Below are positions 47,801 through 64,000 of a stretch of 64,000 nucleotides of DNA, in pieces. Both the position numbers and the translations under genes were made by a program. Under the pieces are notes generated by a model. It was not told where the DNA came from, made no database searches, and was given only the letters and a program-made list of their open reading frames with translations. Position 1 is the first letter of the stretch; each line of letters starts with the position of its first letter. The stretch is from Macrostomum lignano. Lineage: Eukaryota. The stretch is from contig NIVC01003079.1 of the NCBI GenBank assembly GCA_002269645.1, positions 23,410 to 87,409 on the forward strand, read 5' to 3'.

Positions 47801-49519
47801 GTATAGTCCTTGTTACGGTGCATCTACAGATGTACGGTTATTATACATGTACATGCAGTAGCTTTTTAGCTGCATGGCGCTAGTATGCCAAGTCCGGCCG
47901 ATTTGGCCAGAGAAGCAAATAAGCTGATCTGGTCCATGGTCTAGTATACAAGAATTACAGAAGCTTAAGGCACGTATTGATGCATACATGGCGCGTTGAT
48001 GCATGCGTGGATCAGCAGCAGCGAGAACTTGATCGCGGGCACCGCCGGAATCTGTTTTTGAGGTAGACATCATGCAGGACAGGAAAAAACAACTGTAATG
48101 ACAAGGAATTTACGTTTTGCGAACCTCGAAAGATATTTCAATTAATACGAGTAAAATGTTAAAAGTTTAATATTTAACGACGCATTTAAAAAAGTACAAC
48201 GGTAATTACCCTGCAATGTGTTGTCAGGATATGATACATGTACTTGAGTAATTATTGAATATCTATAAATTATTGGGAACTCAATGCCAAGATTTCCGGA
48301 GAGTCGAACCGCACAATATCAAATCCTCGGGAACCGCTGCAAATGAAGCGTACTTCATGATAATCATGTCAATGCAGCATGGAATTATAATATTTTTATA
48401 GTTTCTCTCTAGACTTTGATTGCCCGTTGATTAATTTATTGGCGCTGACACCCTCAGACGACCCTCAAACCCTCAAACGCTGGTTTTTTTTGCCCAAAAA
48501 AATTCCGGTAGAAGCAGCTGAGGCTCTTTCTTGTAATTAATATGTTCTGACAAACATTTATTGTACATGTATATTGTACAGTATTATACTGTACATGTAT
48601 CATATTGCGGCACATACTGCATACATACGGTTACCACAGCTCATAAATGTTTGAAATTAACTGTAGTTAAAGACGACATCCTGGGATAGTACATGATACA
48701 GTCCAAGACTCAGAAGATCCGGCCATTGCTACTCATGCTGCACAATAATTGCGTGTCGCAATAAGCGTTTGTCGCATATTTGTTGAATGTTTAGAAATAC
48801 TTGTCAACAAGTCAGTGTCAAGATAAGAGCTTTAGAACTCCGGACACGCAAACTGTAATGGAGAGAGGCTGAAGCATATTGAAGGGTAGGCAGGTTCATG
48901 CTCGATCTGTTCATGACATCAGAAGCAGACGAATCTCTTTCTAACCCTTCACTCCATGATGAAACTGTATATCCTGATCAGAAACGCGCAGCAATCAATC
49001 TACTGCGATATAGTGACAATCCCAAGGATTTGGGATGTGCAACCGAATATGGGTTAGCTGATCTCCCATCAAAAGGGGAATTTTTAGAGAGTCGCAATGT
49101 AGAAATCTCTTCTCCCTATATAAGCGTAGGCATTATACCTTTAGCAGTTCTCAGGTATTGGTTTGGGGTGCTGCGGACTTTAATCAGTCTAATGAAGCAA
49201 GGTTTCAGAAATGAATCTGCATCCCAGCTAGGTTTTCTTCCCAGAAATTTGAAGACTGCTCAGGGGTTGGCTATTCGGGAAGCCAATGACTGGTACAGAA
49301 GCCAGTTCAGCTGTCTGTAAGGCCTTGACCGGCGATCCACACCTGATTGGACCACTGCTGAAATTTAATAGCACAGCTGAAGCTTCAGTTGAGGGAAGCC
49401 GATCAACCACTGAATATTTGACACTGAAAGTAAATTGCAAGCAGGCGAACACAAGAGAGAATCGACAGCGAAAATTGATCTGGAAGAATTTTAGTCGTAG
49501 AAAAGCAGGCCCGACCATA

Positions 49520-52781
<3,262 letters not shown>

Positions 52782-52937
52782 CCCGGCATTTCCGATTCCA
52801 GGCCTGACCAAAAGCAGGGAGCAGTCGTTTGGTCAGGCTCGGTCAGGAGTTCAATTGTTGCTTGTTGCCGACTCGCCATCCCCGTGTTCAGTGCAGTCCG
52901 GTCCACGTTCGTGTCTGTCTTGTGCTTGCCCAGCTTT

Positions 52938-53140
52938 CCCCACCTGTCCCCACCTGTCCCCACCTGTCCCCACCTGTCCCCACCTGTCCCCACCTGTCCC
53001 TACCTGTCTCCACTCATCCCCACCTGTCCCCACCTGTCCCTACCTGTCCCCACTCATCCCCAGCTGTCCCCAGCTGTCCCCATCTGTCCCTACCTGTCCC
53101 CACCTGTCCCTACCTGTCTCCACTCATCCCCATATGTCCC
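52938..53140. repeat. 10-bp minisatellite downstream of the TENT5 stop
   Basis: CACCTGTCCC units. Confidence 0.93.
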
Positions 53141-53814
53141 TACTCCCCGAAACCTTACCGTGTCGCAGTTGAACGCAGTAAACTAAAAGCAAGACATGCA
53201 GAACAATAAAAAATAATTCGCGGTTACTGCACAAACTCAGAGCTATCCAAGTCAAATATATTTTAAAATTATGTTTTGTGCACTAACGTGATCTGTTTAG
53301 ATTTTGTATTTTGCATTGAATTATTGTAATGTTTTTCTGATTAGGGCAACAAGGAAATTTTCAGATATGTTTGACTAAGTTAATTTCATAGAATTAGTTT
53401 CAAGTTCGTATTTGTTTCAACTCACTTTGTCTTGTCTGGTGTCGTCTGGTGAACTGTTGCTTCAGCAAAAATTTTAGAATTTTAACACACCAGATAATTG
53501 CGTGAAAAATCAAAGTGATTTATGATCGCTCTGTGGCATCTGCAATTTATGACGTACTGATTTTATAACGTAAAAAAATTCAATAGCTAGCTTGTTATTT
53601 GTACGAACAGCGAAAAGAGAAAAGTTATTTTTTCCGCGCAAACTCCCTAAATAAAAGTAAATGTCTTGTAATTGCCTATTGTCAGTAGGCCCCGATGTTT
53701 TCGTATAACTATTTTTTGTCTATCCAAGCAAACAAGGCATGTATAGTCTGTCCTATTCTTTTTCAGTAATGAACAAATTCGTCAGCAAGAACACACGAAA
53801 TTCACCTCACTCCT

Positions 53815-54055
53815 AGACCCACCTCACTCCTTCACCCACCTCACTCCCACACCCACCTGACTCCCACACCCACCTCACTCCTGCACCCACCTCACTCCTG
53901 CACCCACCTCACTCCCACACCCACCTCACTCCTTCACCCATCTCACTCCCGTACCCAACCTCACTCCCACACCCACCTCACTCCCGCACCCACCTCACTC
54001 CCACACCCACCTCACTCCTGCACTCACCACACTCACACACCCACCTCACTCCTCT
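53815..54055. repeat. 18-bp minisatellite
   Basis: CCCACCTCACTCCCACAC-type units. Confidence 0.9.
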
Positions 54056-54361
54056 GCACACTCTTCATTACCAAACCAAAACATATTTAGTCTGAAGGCG
54101 AGTTGCTCAAGCTGAAACACTTGTGTACTCGTACATGCGGCTAAAGTACACCAAGCTGAAAGTTAATTATAGGACCGACAGTTTGATGGACTTTAATAAA
54201 AAGCCTTATTTTTTAACAAGCTCAAAACACGGTTTATTTTATTGTATTAGTTAGTAGTTTAAAATTTCCCGCATAGAATTTGTTTGAATAAGTACTGTTA
54301 GTAGCGTGTAGTAGTTAAAATAATTTAGCAAAATTATAAACTGTAGTATCCTATCTGACTG

Positions 54362-64000
<9,639 letters not shown>

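Noticed and set aside
47813-48073. 86-aa minus-strand ORF as a possible first ZNF exon
   Set aside because: No clear phase-1 donor and no homology recognised.

Overview
Eukaryotic (metazoan) genomic DNA with spliceosomal GT-AG introns, GC-rich exons and AT-rich or minisatellite-filled introns. The style resembles the flatworm Macrostomum lignano (inference only). Seven protein-coding genes can be rebuilt from splice sites and phases: a multi-CUB protein ending in a GPI-type signal (+, 5' end outside the window), RPL7A (-), TECPR2 (-), calcineurin B (-), a 7-finger C2H2 zinc-finger gene (-), TENT5/FAM46 (+) and a THSD7-like TSP1-repeat membrane protein (-, 5' end outside the window, four apparent frameshifts). 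Between and inside them lie about 20 different minisatellites, two tRNA-headed SINE families, a decayed LINE, a decayed hAT transposase, several TIR elements with readable target-site duplications (TSDs) and long inverted repeats. The most striking observations are an inverted pair of Penelope-type minimal hammerhead ribozyme motifs (44543-44895), a near-perfect 125-bp-arm foldback inside a telomere-like array, a 1.3-kb in-frame minisatellite plus a terminal LIR motif in TECPR2, and clustered frameshifts in the THSD7-like gene. No prokaryotic system or CRISPR array is present.
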